Shown one piece after another: positions 8,165-18,312 of a DNA stretch of 43,624 bases. Below the pieces are notes generated by a model. It was not told where the DNA came from, did not search any database, and worked only from the letters and a program-made list of their open reading frames with translations. Both the position numbers and the translations under genes were made by a program. Every line of letters begins with the position of its first letter. The first letter of the stretch is position 1. This stretch comes from Candidatus Firestoneibacteriota bacterium (GTDB taxonomy: Bacteria; Oederibacteriota; D2-FULL-39-29; CAIOVX01), in contig CAITPB010000255.1 of assembly GCA_903894145.1 (NCBI GenBank), positions 1-43,624 on the forward strand. Direction: 5' to 3'.

Positions 8165-9673
8165 TTATTCTTTGACAAGCACAACATACCTGCTGGTCTC
8201 TTCCCGCTCAACAAGCATAAGAATTCCTGCTTTAAGGTCGGCATCTTCAATTGCTTTGTCGAACTCCGCCGCGCTCTTTACGCCTTTCCTGTCTACTTCC
8301 TTTATAATATCTCCTTCCGCTATCTCAGCGTTATCCGCTATGCTGCCGTCTTCCACGCCGGTAACCACGACGCCGTCGCCGCTCTTTAGGCCATACAGCT
8401 TTGCTGTTTTATCCGTAAGCGTCTTTACGGTCACGCCTATGCTCGAGGATTTCTTCGTGCCTTCTTCTTTTTTCACAACTCCGTTCTCACCGGCTGATTT
8501 CTCGCCCCAGGGCGCAAGAACTATTTTAATATCTTTTTCCTTGCCGCCGCGGTTGACGGTCATGACAACAGGGTCTCCGACTTCCTTCGAAGCCACAGCC
8601 CCCGCCAGCTGCTTGCCGTTGCTTATCTCTTTGCCGTCCAGCTTTACGACAACATCCCCGGAGAGCAGTCCCGCCGCCTTGCCAGGCCCTTTTTCATCAA
8701 CTTCCGGAATAAGAACGCCGCTCTGTATCCCCAGCTTCTTAGCGAGCTTCGTGTCAATGTCTTGAAGCCGTATGCCGACCCAGGGTGTCTCTGCCACGCT
8801 CTTTTTCCCTTTTATCAGGCTTTCAAGTATCTTCTTGATATCCTTTATGGGAATAGCAAATCCAAGCCCCATGTTTCCTACATTTCCGGTGCTAAAATCT
8901 CCGGCGATCGCCATATTTACCCCGATTACCTCGCCGCTTATATTGAGGAGCGGCCCGCCGGAATTTCCCGGATTAATAGCGGCGTCTGTCTGTATTATGT
9001 TAGGTATCCTCTTTATAGCCCCATTAAGCTCGGGATTATCAAAGAGCCTGCCCTTCGCGCTCACAATTCCCATCGTAACGGTATTTGAATAGCCGAAGGG
9101 GTTGCCGATAGCGATGACAATGTCGCCGACCAGCGTCTGATCGGAATCACCAAGCTCAGCCGCGCGGAATTTCTTGTCTGATTTTATCTTTACAACCGCG
9201 ACATCATGCCGCTTGTCGTACCCCTTGACCTCCGCGTCGTAGGTGGTTTCGTCAAACATAGTTACCTTCACGCTGTTCGCGTCCTCAATTACATGATAGT
9301 TGGTAATAACATACCCGTCAGCGGTTACCACGAACCCGCTTCCCATTCCCGAAGATTTATACTGCGGCATTTTTTGTCTCTTTTTCGGAGTGTCTTCGTC
9401 ATCACCGCCGTTATCGCCTTTGAAGAACTTTCTCAAGTCATTCGGGAAATCAAAATTGAAACCGTATTTCCCTCCGGAAGTCTTCTCTGAAGTTTTTTTC
9501 TCGACAACAATAAGCACAACCGACGGATTGACCTGTTTAGCTATCTCTCTCAGGTTGTCCTGCATTGCCTTGAGCTCGCCCGCTGCCTCAACCTTCGCCG
9601 AGACGGGAAGTGCCAGCCCGGCTGCCAGAACCGCGCCCGCAAGGCAAATCAACATTCTTTTTACGGCATTCAT
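8165..9673 (-). CDS. degP: Do/DegP/DegQ (HtrA) periplasmic serine protease with two PDZ domains
   Basis: GSGF, TNYHV, DVAVVK, QTDAAINPGNSGGPL; signal peptide from ATG 9673 (after GGAGG); two PDZ domains. Confidence 0.96.
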   Translation of the reverse strand: MNAVKRMLICLAGAVLAAGLALPVSAKVEAAGELKAMQDNLREIAKQVNPSVVLIVVEKKTSEKTSGGKYGFNFDFPNDLRKFFKGDNGGDDEDTPKKRQKMPQYKSSGMGSGFVVTADGYVITNYHVIEDANSVKVTMFDETTYDAEVKGYDKRHDVAVVKIKSDKKFRAAELGDSDQTLVGDIVIAIGNPFGYSNTVTMGIVSAKGRLFDNPELNGAIKRIPNIIQTDAAINPGNSGGPLLNISGEVIGVNMAIAGDFSTGNVGNMGLGFAIPIKDIKKILESLIKGKKSVAETPWVGIRLQDIDTKLAKKLGIQSGVLIPEVDEKGPGKAAGLLSGDVVVKLDGKEISNGKQLAGAVASKEVGDPVVMTVNRGGKEKDIKIVLAPWGEKSAGENGVVKKEEGTKKSSSIGVTVKTLTDKTAKLYGLKSGDGVVVTGVEDGSIADNAEIAEGDIIKEVDRKGVKSAAEFDKAIEDADLKAGILMLVEREETSRYVVLVKE

Positions 9674-9674
9674 G

Positions 9675-10379
9675 TCATTTCCCTCCCTGAATTGCGCCAT
9701 AAGCGGCATTGCCTGCCGTAAGAGTGTCCTCTTCAAGCTCAAATTCCAACCTTGCGCTTTTTGCGCCGCTGACGTAGCCGGCCTTCATTCCGTAGGGAGA
9801 ACCGTTCCTGACAGCCCCTACACTCTTCAAGTCGTCCATAAACATATCCATGCGGTTCGGGTTGAGAACGACCACATATCTTTTCGGCGTTATACCCGGG
9901 ATGTTGGACTGCGCGTTGTTGTCTGTCACGGCGGCCGACGCGGTATCATATTTTTTCCTGATCTGTTCTATTTTCAGACCGGCCTTTGCCATCTCTCCGG
10001 CGGGGATGACAACCTTTGTGACTGAGAGTTTTTCGCTGCCGGGCGTACCCGCGCGGAAGATCACGCCTCCTGCAATAAGGCCTATCAAAACCCCGGAAAC
10101 CAGCGCAGCTCCGTTGCGGAAAGTGAGAAACTGGCCAAACCACTTAACCGCAGACCGAGACGCGCCGTCAAGTTTTTCGTCCAGCCCCCGGTAAAATTCC
10201 TCCGGAACTTCCTCCTCAGCCAGGTTTGAGAGTACCGCGGAATTTTCCTCCATCTGCTTTAGCGCCAAGGAGCAATTCGAACACTTTAAAAGGTGCAGGC
10301 GCACGCTCTCTGCCGAGCCGCGGGAGAGCTCTTTGTCCATATATTCGCTCAACAACTTCCTGGTCTCGTTACAGTTCAT
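9675..10379 (-). CDS. Membrane-anchored zinc-binding anti-sigma factor (zf-HC2)
   Basis: MNC...HLLKCSNC (HxxxCxxC) plus one TM helix; overlaps the upstream ECF sigma gene. Confidence 0.88.
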   Translation of the reverse strand: MNCNETRKLLSEYMDKELSRGSAESVRLHLLKCSNCSLALKQMEENSAVLSNLAEEEVPEEFYRGLDEKLDGASRSAVKWFGQFLTFRNGAALVSGVLIGLIAGGVIFRAGTPGSEKLSVTKVVIPAGEMAKAGLKIEQIRKKYDTASAAVTDNNAQSNIPGITPKRYVVVLNPNRMDMFMDDLKSVGAVRNGSPYGMKAGYVSGAKSARLEFELEEDTLTAGNAAYGAIQGGK

Positions 10380-10992
10380 ATTCTCTCACCCCCGGTTGTT
10401 TTCCGGTAAGCATCAGCCTGAGTTCTTGCCTTCCACGGGATAATCTTGATTTCACAGTGCCTATTGATACGCCTGTCATCCTTGCTATCTCCTCGTATTT
10501 GTAGCCTTCAATGTCGCGGAGAACCATCACTGCCCTGAAGGGATCATCGAGCCGCATAAGGGCGCTCCTGACCTGCCTGTCGCGCTCGGCAGACTCCACA
10601 ATCTCCTCCGGACCGCAGGTCAGCTTGCGCTTGTCCTGCGAGACATCATCCAAAATCTCTCCGGCATTCGAGAGGCAGTCGCTTTTCCTTGAACGCAGCC
10701 GGTTCAAGCTGGTATTCACCGTTATCTTTCTGAGCCAGTATTTAAACGGAACCTCTCCGCGATACTGCCGTATTTTGGTAAAGGACTTTACAAAAGCGTC
10801 CTGCGCTGCTTCGAGCGCGTCCTCGCGGTTTCCCAGAATACGGAACGCGGCGGAGAACGCCAGGCCGCTGTAGAGCTTCACAAGAGCGTGAAAGGCCTCG
10901 CGGTCCTTTGAACGCTTTACCTTTTGGACAAGCCCCTTTTCGTAATTTGCCGAGGCTTCCTCAAGTATGTCCTGCTTTTTTTCTGCCGTCAA
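10369..10992 (-). CDS. ECF RNA polymerase sigma factor (RpoE/SigW-like), no. 2
   Basis: EDALEAAQDAFVK, WLRKITVN, LRDIEGYKYEEIA, GTVKSRLSRGR; TTG start overlaps the lepB stop. Confidence 0.93.
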   Translation of the reverse strand: MTAEKKQDILEEASANYEKGLVQKVKRSKDREAFHALVKLYSGLAFSAAFRILGNREDALEAAQDAFVKSFTKIRQYRGEVPFKYWLRKITVNTSLNRLRSRKSDCLSNAGEILDDVSQDKRKLTCGPEEIVESAERDRQVRSALMRLDDPFRAVMVLRDIEGYKYEEIARMTGVSIGTVKSRLSRGRQELRLMLTGKQPGVREYEL

Positions 10993-11918
10993 AATATCTT
11001 AAACCTCGGGAGGGGCCAGAGCCGGATCAGCGGCGTTCCTACTATATCCTTTGAAGAGACAAATCCCCAAAACCTTGAATCATCGCTCTCATCCCTGTTG
11101 TCGCCCATCATAAAATAGGCGTTGTATTTGACTTTGACCGGGCCGAAATTCTTAGGAAGGAGGGGCTGATGCCCGCCGTATTCAGTCTCCCTGATTTTCT
11201 TCAATTCCTCGGGCAGTATGTTCCCGTACACCCGCTGTATGAACCATTTCTGCTCGTCAGTCTTTCCGGGCGCAACGTTTGCGCCGTTTAAAAAGACTTC
11301 CCCGTTCTTTATCTCAAAAACGTCGTCCTTCTTCGGCACGATGACCGGCCCGAAAACATCCCTGTTGCCGTAGTAAGAATAATAGGGGGAACCTTTTTTT
11401 ATGATATTCTTGCCGTCAAAATACTGAACATACTCCTCTTCCTGCTTTACGCCGTTAACAAAGAGGGCCTTATCCTTGAGTTCAATCGTGTCTCCGGGCA
11501 GCCCGACACACCTTTTCACAAAATCCCTCTTTGCCCTTGTGGCCTTAATTTCTCCGGTTGACCGGTCATTCAAAACATAATGCTCCTGCCCGTTTTCATC
11601 TTTCTGCTTAACGGGGTTCAGTTCATGGTGAAAGAAAATAATAATATCGCCGTGTTTAAGCTCCCTTACCGGCAAAACCTTGGTGTCCGTGAAAGGCAGG
11701 CGAGTTCCCAGCACAAACTTGTTTGCAAACAGGTAATCCCCTACCAGAAGCGTTGACTCCATTGACCCGGAAGGTATGCTGTAAGCGGAAACCACAAAAT
11801 ACCTGATCAGGAGTGCTACTACCACCGCCCAAACAATGTCTTTTGTGTGCTGTTTAAGCACTCCTTTAACAGTATCCGGCGTCTGAGCCTTATCTTTAGT
11901 TTTTATTTCTTCGGACAT
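10989..11918 (-). CDS. lepB: Signal peptidase I
   Basis: IPSGSM (catalytic Ser), DFVKRC (catalytic Lys), MMGDNRDESDDSRFWG; start at ATG 11918 after AGGAAGG. Confidence 0.95.
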   Translation of the reverse strand: MSEEIKTKDKAQTPDTVKGVLKQHTKDIVWAVVVALLIRYFVVSAYSIPSGSMESTLLVGDYLFANKFVLGTRLPFTDTKVLPVRELKHGDIIIFFHHELNPVKQKDENGQEHYVLNDRSTGEIKATRAKRDFVKRCVGLPGDTIELKDKALFVNGVKQEEEYVQYFDGKNIIKKGSPYYSYYGNRDVFGPVIVPKKDDVFEIKNGEVFLNGANVAPGKTDEQKWFIQRVYGNILPEELKKIRETEYGGHQPLLPKNFGPVKVKYNAYFMMGDNRDESDDSRFWGFVSSKDIVGTPLIRLWPLPRFKIF

Positions 11919-11935
11919 TTGACCTTCCTTTCCGT

Positions 11936-11964
11936 ATTGACACGGATAGCCGCGAGTTTGTTCC
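11936..11964 (-). promoter_or_regulatory. ECF (sigmaE-type) promoter upstream of lepB-sigma2-antisigma2-degP
   Basis: GGAACAA-N16-GTCAAT on the minus strand, 17 nt upstream of the lepB ATG. Confidence 0.7.
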
Positions 11965-12042
11965 ATACGTCCCTATCAAACCAGAAATAGCCTTAATATT
12001 CAAGTATTCATTGGGAAACAAGCCTATCGGGGAAAACCGCTT

Positions 12043-12450
12043 TCAACGGTGCGGAGCAAACAAATTGAAAGGAAAATACGGAATATTCCGGAGAATCATA
12101 AAGACCAGAGCCAAAGCCGGGAGGATAATAAAGAACCTCGGGCTAAACCTTACTTCCGGAAGAATTTTCCTGCCTGAATAACCGTTAATCAGCAATGCCG
12201 CGGAGGCGTAGAAAAGCAAAATTATCCCGGGCAGAACGAACAGGTTCATCGAAAGAGATTCAACCGGCTTTCCGCGGGAAATAAGCCAGACAGCCCTCGT
12301 TCCTCCGCAACTGAAGCAGAAAAAACCGGTAAACCTGTGAAACAAACATGGCGGGAGAGAATCAAAATAAACCCTTGGGGTAATTACGGACAAAAGAAGC
12401 GCTGCAGCCGGCGCAGCAAAAAGAGTCCACCCTAGCGCCCGTTTGTTCAT
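12043..12450 (-). CDS. DUF2752 family membrane protein
   Basis: CLFHRFTGFFCFSCGGTRA motif, C-terminal ILRNIP, three hydrophobic segments. Confidence 0.85.
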   Translation of the reverse strand: MNKRALGWTLFAAPAAALLLSVITPRVYFDSLPPCLFHRFTGFFCFSCGGTRAVWLISRGKPVESLSMNLFVLPGIILLFYASAALLINGYSGRKILPEVRFSPRFFIILPALALVFMILRNIPYFPFNLFAPHR

Positions 12451-12453
12451 CTC

Positions 12454-12984
12454 TTAGTCCATCAGCTCGGAAGTCATCTCGGCTAATAGCCGGTCTTTCT
12501 CTTCCGCGGACAGAATTTCAGACATGTTAGAAGCGTCAGAGCCGATTTGGTATTCTTCTATGGCTGTTGCAAACCACTCCGGGTTAGAACTCATCTTCCC
12601 TATAATCGCTTCGAGGCTGGCAGTGCTTGCCTTCCTGACTCTCACAGCGCGGCTAATTCTGCCGGCAGCCAGCGGAGCAAGAATCATCAAAAGAAGCAGG
12701 ATAACGGAAACAGACGCGGTAAGCGGCTTCCGCAGGAAGTCATACCAGGGTGAAGGTACAGACATTTTTTCGCGGAGTCTCGGCAGATAACCAGCCCAGA
12801 ACTCTTTTCCCGGATCTGAAACTCCGATAGTTCCCGCCGTATCTATCAATTCGCGGTAGAATTTTAATTCAGCCGCGCACTCCGCGCAGGAAGCCAGATG
12901 AGACTTCACTTTTGCGGCGGTTTTTTCTTCGAGGCACCCTTCGGCGTACTCCTCGATGTATTTGCCTGCCATTTTACAGTTCAT
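12454..12984 (-). CDS. Membrane-anchored zinc-binding anti-sigma factor (zf-HC2)
   Basis: MNC...HLASCAEC plus a TM helix; overlaps the upstream ECF sigma gene. Confidence 0.88.
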   Translation of the reverse strand: MNCKMAGKYIEEYAEGCLEEKTAAKVKSHLASCAECAAELKFYRELIDTAGTIGVSDPGKEFWAGYLPRLREKMSVPSPWYDFLRKPLTASVSVILLLLMILAPLAAGRISRAVRVRKASTASLEAIIGKMSSNPEWFATAIEEYQIGSDASNMSEILSAEEKDRLLAEMTSELMD

Positions 12985-13546
12985 ATTTTGTCCTCATGCC
13001 CTTTTTTATCTTCTGCACCGCGTTGAAGAAGTTGGCTTTGGCGCCGCCGGTGGTGAGGCCGGTGGCCTGGGCGATTTCTTCGAATTTCATTTCATCGTAT
13101 ATCCTCATTACAAAGACGGCTCTCTGCTGGCGCGGAAGCGCGCACATCATTTCTTTCACGGCTTTTTTTAGCTGGTCCTTCTCTACGGACTCCTCACCCT
13201 GGCCTGCAGAGGAATCGCGAAGTTCAGCGGCCGAATCCAGCGGCTCCGTAAACCTGGCTGCTTTCTTCCTGGTCATACACACATTAAAAGTAATCCTGTA
13301 AAGCCAGGTAAAAAAATACTTTCTCTCTTTTAATTTCCTGAGCGCCTTGTAAGCTTTTATAAAAGCTTCCTGAGAAGCTTCCTCTGCATCGTGATGGTTT
13401 CCGAGAACGCGCAGGGCCAGGAAATATATTTTTTCTTTGTGCTTAAATACCAATCTGTTAAAAGCCTCTTCTTTACCCTGCAGGAAAAGCCCAATTAATT
13501 CAGCGTCTTCCTGCCCGCTATTTCCCTTCACTACTTCATTAGACAT
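12974..13546 (-). CDS. ECF RNA polymerase sigma factor, no. 1
   Basis: DAELI, AFNRLV, DAEEASQEAFIKAY, FTWLYRI, FEEIA, GGAKANFFNA. Alternative in-frame GTG start at 13531. Confidence 0.93.
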   Translation of the reverse strand: MSNEVVKGNSGQEDAELIGLFLQGKEEAFNRLVFKHKEKIYFLALRVLGNHHDAEEASQEAFIKAYKALRKLKERKYFFTWLYRITFNVCMTRKKAARFTEPLDSAAELRDSSAGQGEESVEKDQLKKAVKEMMCALPRQQRAVFVMRIYDEMKFEEIAQATGLTTGGAKANFFNAVQKIKKGMRTKYEL

Positions 13547-13567
13547 CTTGCTCCGCCAAATGGTTCA
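13539..13567 (-). promoter_or_regulatory. ECF promoter overlapping the annotated start of ECF sigma 1
   Basis: TGAACCA-N16-GTCTAA on the minus strand; in-frame GTG 7 nt downstream of the -10. Confidence 0.65.
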
Positions 13568-13586
13568 AATGACGCTCACACGCCCA

Positions 13587-13615
13587 ATTATAGCCATAGA
13601 ACATGGAAATAACAA
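13587..13615 (-). promoter_or_regulatory. Sigma70-type promoter for the ECF sigma 1 operon
   Basis: TTGTTA-N17-TATAAT. Confidence 0.7.
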
Positions 13616-13633
13616 GGAATGATGAGCCTTCCT

Positions 13634-14500
13634 TCAATTGAGCTTTGCGAAAAGCGAAACGTAATGAGTATTCCCGAGCATGTCATTGAGTTTCGCGCCG
13701 TAGGTTAACGAGAAAGCGGAGACATTCAACTCAAGGCCGAAAGAGACGCAGTTTAGCAATCCATACTGGGCAGCAGTGTCGTATCTGTATCCAAACATCA
13801 GGGCAAGGAATTCTTCAGGTTTTACTGAAATGCCCGCGGAATAAACCGGTGAATATTCATTACTGAGTTCGGCGTCAATATCTGCCTTAAAACCGGAGGC
13901 AGAAACACCCAGCCCCGCGCGCAGCATTTCAGGCAGCCCCGGATAAGTGCCGGCATTTACAAGACAGGCGCCGAAAGAAATATTGTCCGAGAGCTGCACA
14001 AACCCCGAAACATCATAGAGGACGTGAAAAGAACAACTTTCGTCCAGATTTTCATAAGGGAATTTGATATTCAGCCCGGCCGCGGCTGTTTTGGAGAGGC
14101 CCTGCGCTATCGACAGCACCGGTACAGCTTGAAACGGAGAAAAGCCCCCCTCGGAAACCCCGAATCCGTCCCTCCTTTCCTGCGTGCCGGTCCAGAGATA
14201 CATAGCTGAGATGCCGAGCGCGGATGAGTTCCCCATTTGTCTCATTGCCGTGACAGTCTCATACCTTGCCCCTGCGAAGTATTCGGTGTGTGAAAAATTA
14301 AGAAATGTTCCGCTGGACCAACATAGACTTGAAGGCGAGAAGAATACCGTATCCGGCTCTCCCGGCAGTCCTGTCAAAGCGCCTCCCATGGCCGCGTATC
14401 TCGAGCCGGGAAAGACTTCCATGAACGCCAGTTCAGTCGTTCCGGCAGCACTGGATGCAAACCGGAGAAGAAGCACAAAAAATATAATTGCCTGCCTCAT
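13634..14500 (-). CDS. PorV/PorQ-like (FadL superfamily) outer-membrane beta-barrel
   Basis: Signal peptide, then FMEVFPGSRYAAMGGA...TVFFSPSSL (GARxxxMGxA...NPA motif); amphipathic strands; LGNTHYVSL near the C-terminus. Confidence 0.75.
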   Translation of the reverse strand: MRQAIIFFVLLLRFASSAAGTTELAFMEVFPGSRYAAMGGALTGLPGEPDTVFFSPSSLCWSSGTFLNFSHTEYFAGARYETVTAMRQMGNSSALGISAMYLWTGTQERRDGFGVSEGGFSPFQAVPVLSIAQGLSKTAAAGLNIKFPYENLDESCSFHVLYDVSGFVQLSDNISFGACLVNAGTYPGLPEMLRAGLGVSASGFKADIDAELSNEYSPVYSAGISVKPEEFLALMFGYRYDTAAQYGLLNCVSFGLELNVSAFSLTYGAKLNDMLGNTHYVSLFAKLN

Positions 14501-14514
14501 ATATGAAACCCCCT

Positions 14515-14544
14515 AAAATAAACGCGGGCGCCTTAAGGCACCCG
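14515..14544 (-). terminator. Possible terminator after ligA
   Basis: CGGGTGCC-TTAA-GGCGCCCG followed by CGTTTATTTT. Confidence 0.45.
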
Positions 14545-14574
14545 TTAGATTTCCTCTATGACTCGGAGCGTGCA

Positions 14575-16602
<2,028 letters not shown>

Positions 16603-16740
16603 CTGAAAAATGATCAAAGGATTAGAAGAAAATATTACGCGGATTAATAGCGTGCAGATGTGAAAGACTGTAAAGTATCAGACAATAACAAGAAAATATT
16701 TCCACCGGAGTAATTAGCCATTAGTTATCAGCACGTGCTC

Positions 16741-18312
16741 TTAGCCGTATACTTTATAATCTATCTCCGGAAAGATATTATCCTTATATTCTATCTCCGA
16801 CAGATAGGTTTGGTCTATCTTTCCGCTGCTTAAACTGTCATAGAGCCGCGTGAACCTGACGATATGCTCCTTCGTGCGGCGCACGGCGTAATTGACATTT
16901 GTGCCGGTTTTCATTATAAAGGCCCAGTCCGAAGACTGCGCGAGCAGAAGTTCCCTCGCCGCCTGGTTGAGCGCGCGCCTTTCAAGGTCGCCCGGAGAAT
17001 TAAATTTCTCCGCTAGCTCGCACATCCTGTCAGCCGCTTTGTGAAGGTGCCTGTAAACCCAGTCGTTCCCGCCTTCCAGCCAGACCTCGTGATAGCCCTT
17101 GTAGCCCCAGCTGGATTCGCAGGGAGCAGAGACCTGGTTTACGGGATACTCCGCGAGATATTCCGACGGGGTTATCATTTTGATTATATCCTGGTCATAA
17201 TGCATCTTTCTGAAGAGGAAGTTCAGGAAATCAGGCCCCTCATACCACCAGTGACCGTAAAGCTCGGCGTCGTAAGGTGAAATTATTATAGGTTTTCTGT
17301 CCATGCCCGAAGCAAGCCATTCAATCTGCTTCCCGCGGTTAAACAGGAAGTTGCCCGCGTGCTCGGCGCTTCTCTCAAGGGCGAACTGCGGATCGTAAGG
17401 CTCCTTGTGCGCGGTCTCACCGGTTATCTTGTAATATTTAACCCCGGTAAAGGTCCTGGTCCCGTTTGAATTGATGTAGGGTTTTATGTACTCATACTCA
17501 AGGTCAAAGCCGACATCGCGGTAGAAGTCCCGGTAGTTGGTGTCTCCGGGATAACCTTCCTTCGCGCTCCAGACCTGCTTGCTCGATTCCACGTCCCTCC
17601 CGAAGGCCGCAACTCCCGACGGGCAAAAGACCGGCGCGAAGATGCCGTACTTCGGGCGCGGCACTCCATACATTATGCCGTGCGTATCAACAAAGAAGAA
17701 TTTAATCCCGTGGTCTTTTAGCGTGTAGTCAACTCCCGGAAAATACGCGCACTCGGCAAGCCAGATGCCGTTAGGTTTCCTTCCCAGGTGTTTTTCGTGC
17801 GTGTCCACGGCAACCTTTATCTGGGCGTTGATGGCCTTCTGGTTTATCATCAGCGGCAGGTACCCGTGCGTGGCGCAGCAGGTGATAATTTCAAGTTTTC
17901 CGGCGTCCTGAACCTTTCTGAACGCGTTGACAAGGTTCTTGCCGTAACGAAGGAAATAATCACGCGCCTCAACGAACTTCCAGTTATACATATCGGCGGA
18001 TTTTTTAAACTCCTCCTGATACTCAGTCCTCTTCTTCTCTTTTGACGTAAGATCTATCAGTTTTTCTATATAGTTCAGGGCCCGGTCCTGAAGCAGCGGG
18101 TCTGAAAGCATCGACAGCAATGGAGGGGTAAGCGACATCGTAACCCTGAAATCTACTCCGTCCTTGAGCAATCTTTCATAAACAAGTAGGAGCGGGATAT
18201 AGGTCTCAAAGATTGCTTCGTACAGCCAGTCTTCTTCAAGGAAATCCGCGTGTTCAGGATGCCTGACATACGGCAGGTGGGCGTGGAGGACAACTGACAG
18301 GTAGCCTTTCAT
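16741..18312 (-). CDS. GH57 1,4-alpha-glucan branching enzyme (DUF1957)
   Basis: LHAHLPYVRHPE, EEDWL, ATHGYLP, WLAECAY (nucleophile), PYDAELYGHWWYEG (acid/base), LAQSSDWAF. Confidence 0.93.
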   Translation of the reverse strand: MKGYLSVVLHAHLPYVRHPEHADFLEEDWLYEAIFETYIPLLLVYERLLKDGVDFRVTMSLTPPLLSMLSDPLLQDRALNYIEKLIDLTSKEKKRTEYQEEFKKSADMYNWKFVEARDYFLRYGKNLVNAFRKVQDAGKLEIITCCATHGYLPLMINQKAINAQIKVAVDTHEKHLGRKPNGIWLAECAYFPGVDYTLKDHGIKFFFVDTHGIMYGVPRPKYGIFAPVFCPSGVAAFGRDVESSKQVWSAKEGYPGDTNYRDFYRDVGFDLEYEYIKPYINSNGTRTFTGVKYYKITGETAHKEPYDPQFALERSAEHAGNFLFNRGKQIEWLASGMDRKPIIISPYDAELYGHWWYEGPDFLNFLFRKMHYDQDIIKMITPSEYLAEYPVNQVSAPCESSWGYKGYHEVWLEGGNDWVYRHLHKAADRMCELAEKFNSPGDLERRALNQAARELLLAQSSDWAFIMKTGTNVNYAVRRTKEHIVRFTRLYDSLSSGKIDQTYLSEIEYKDNIFPEIDYKVYG

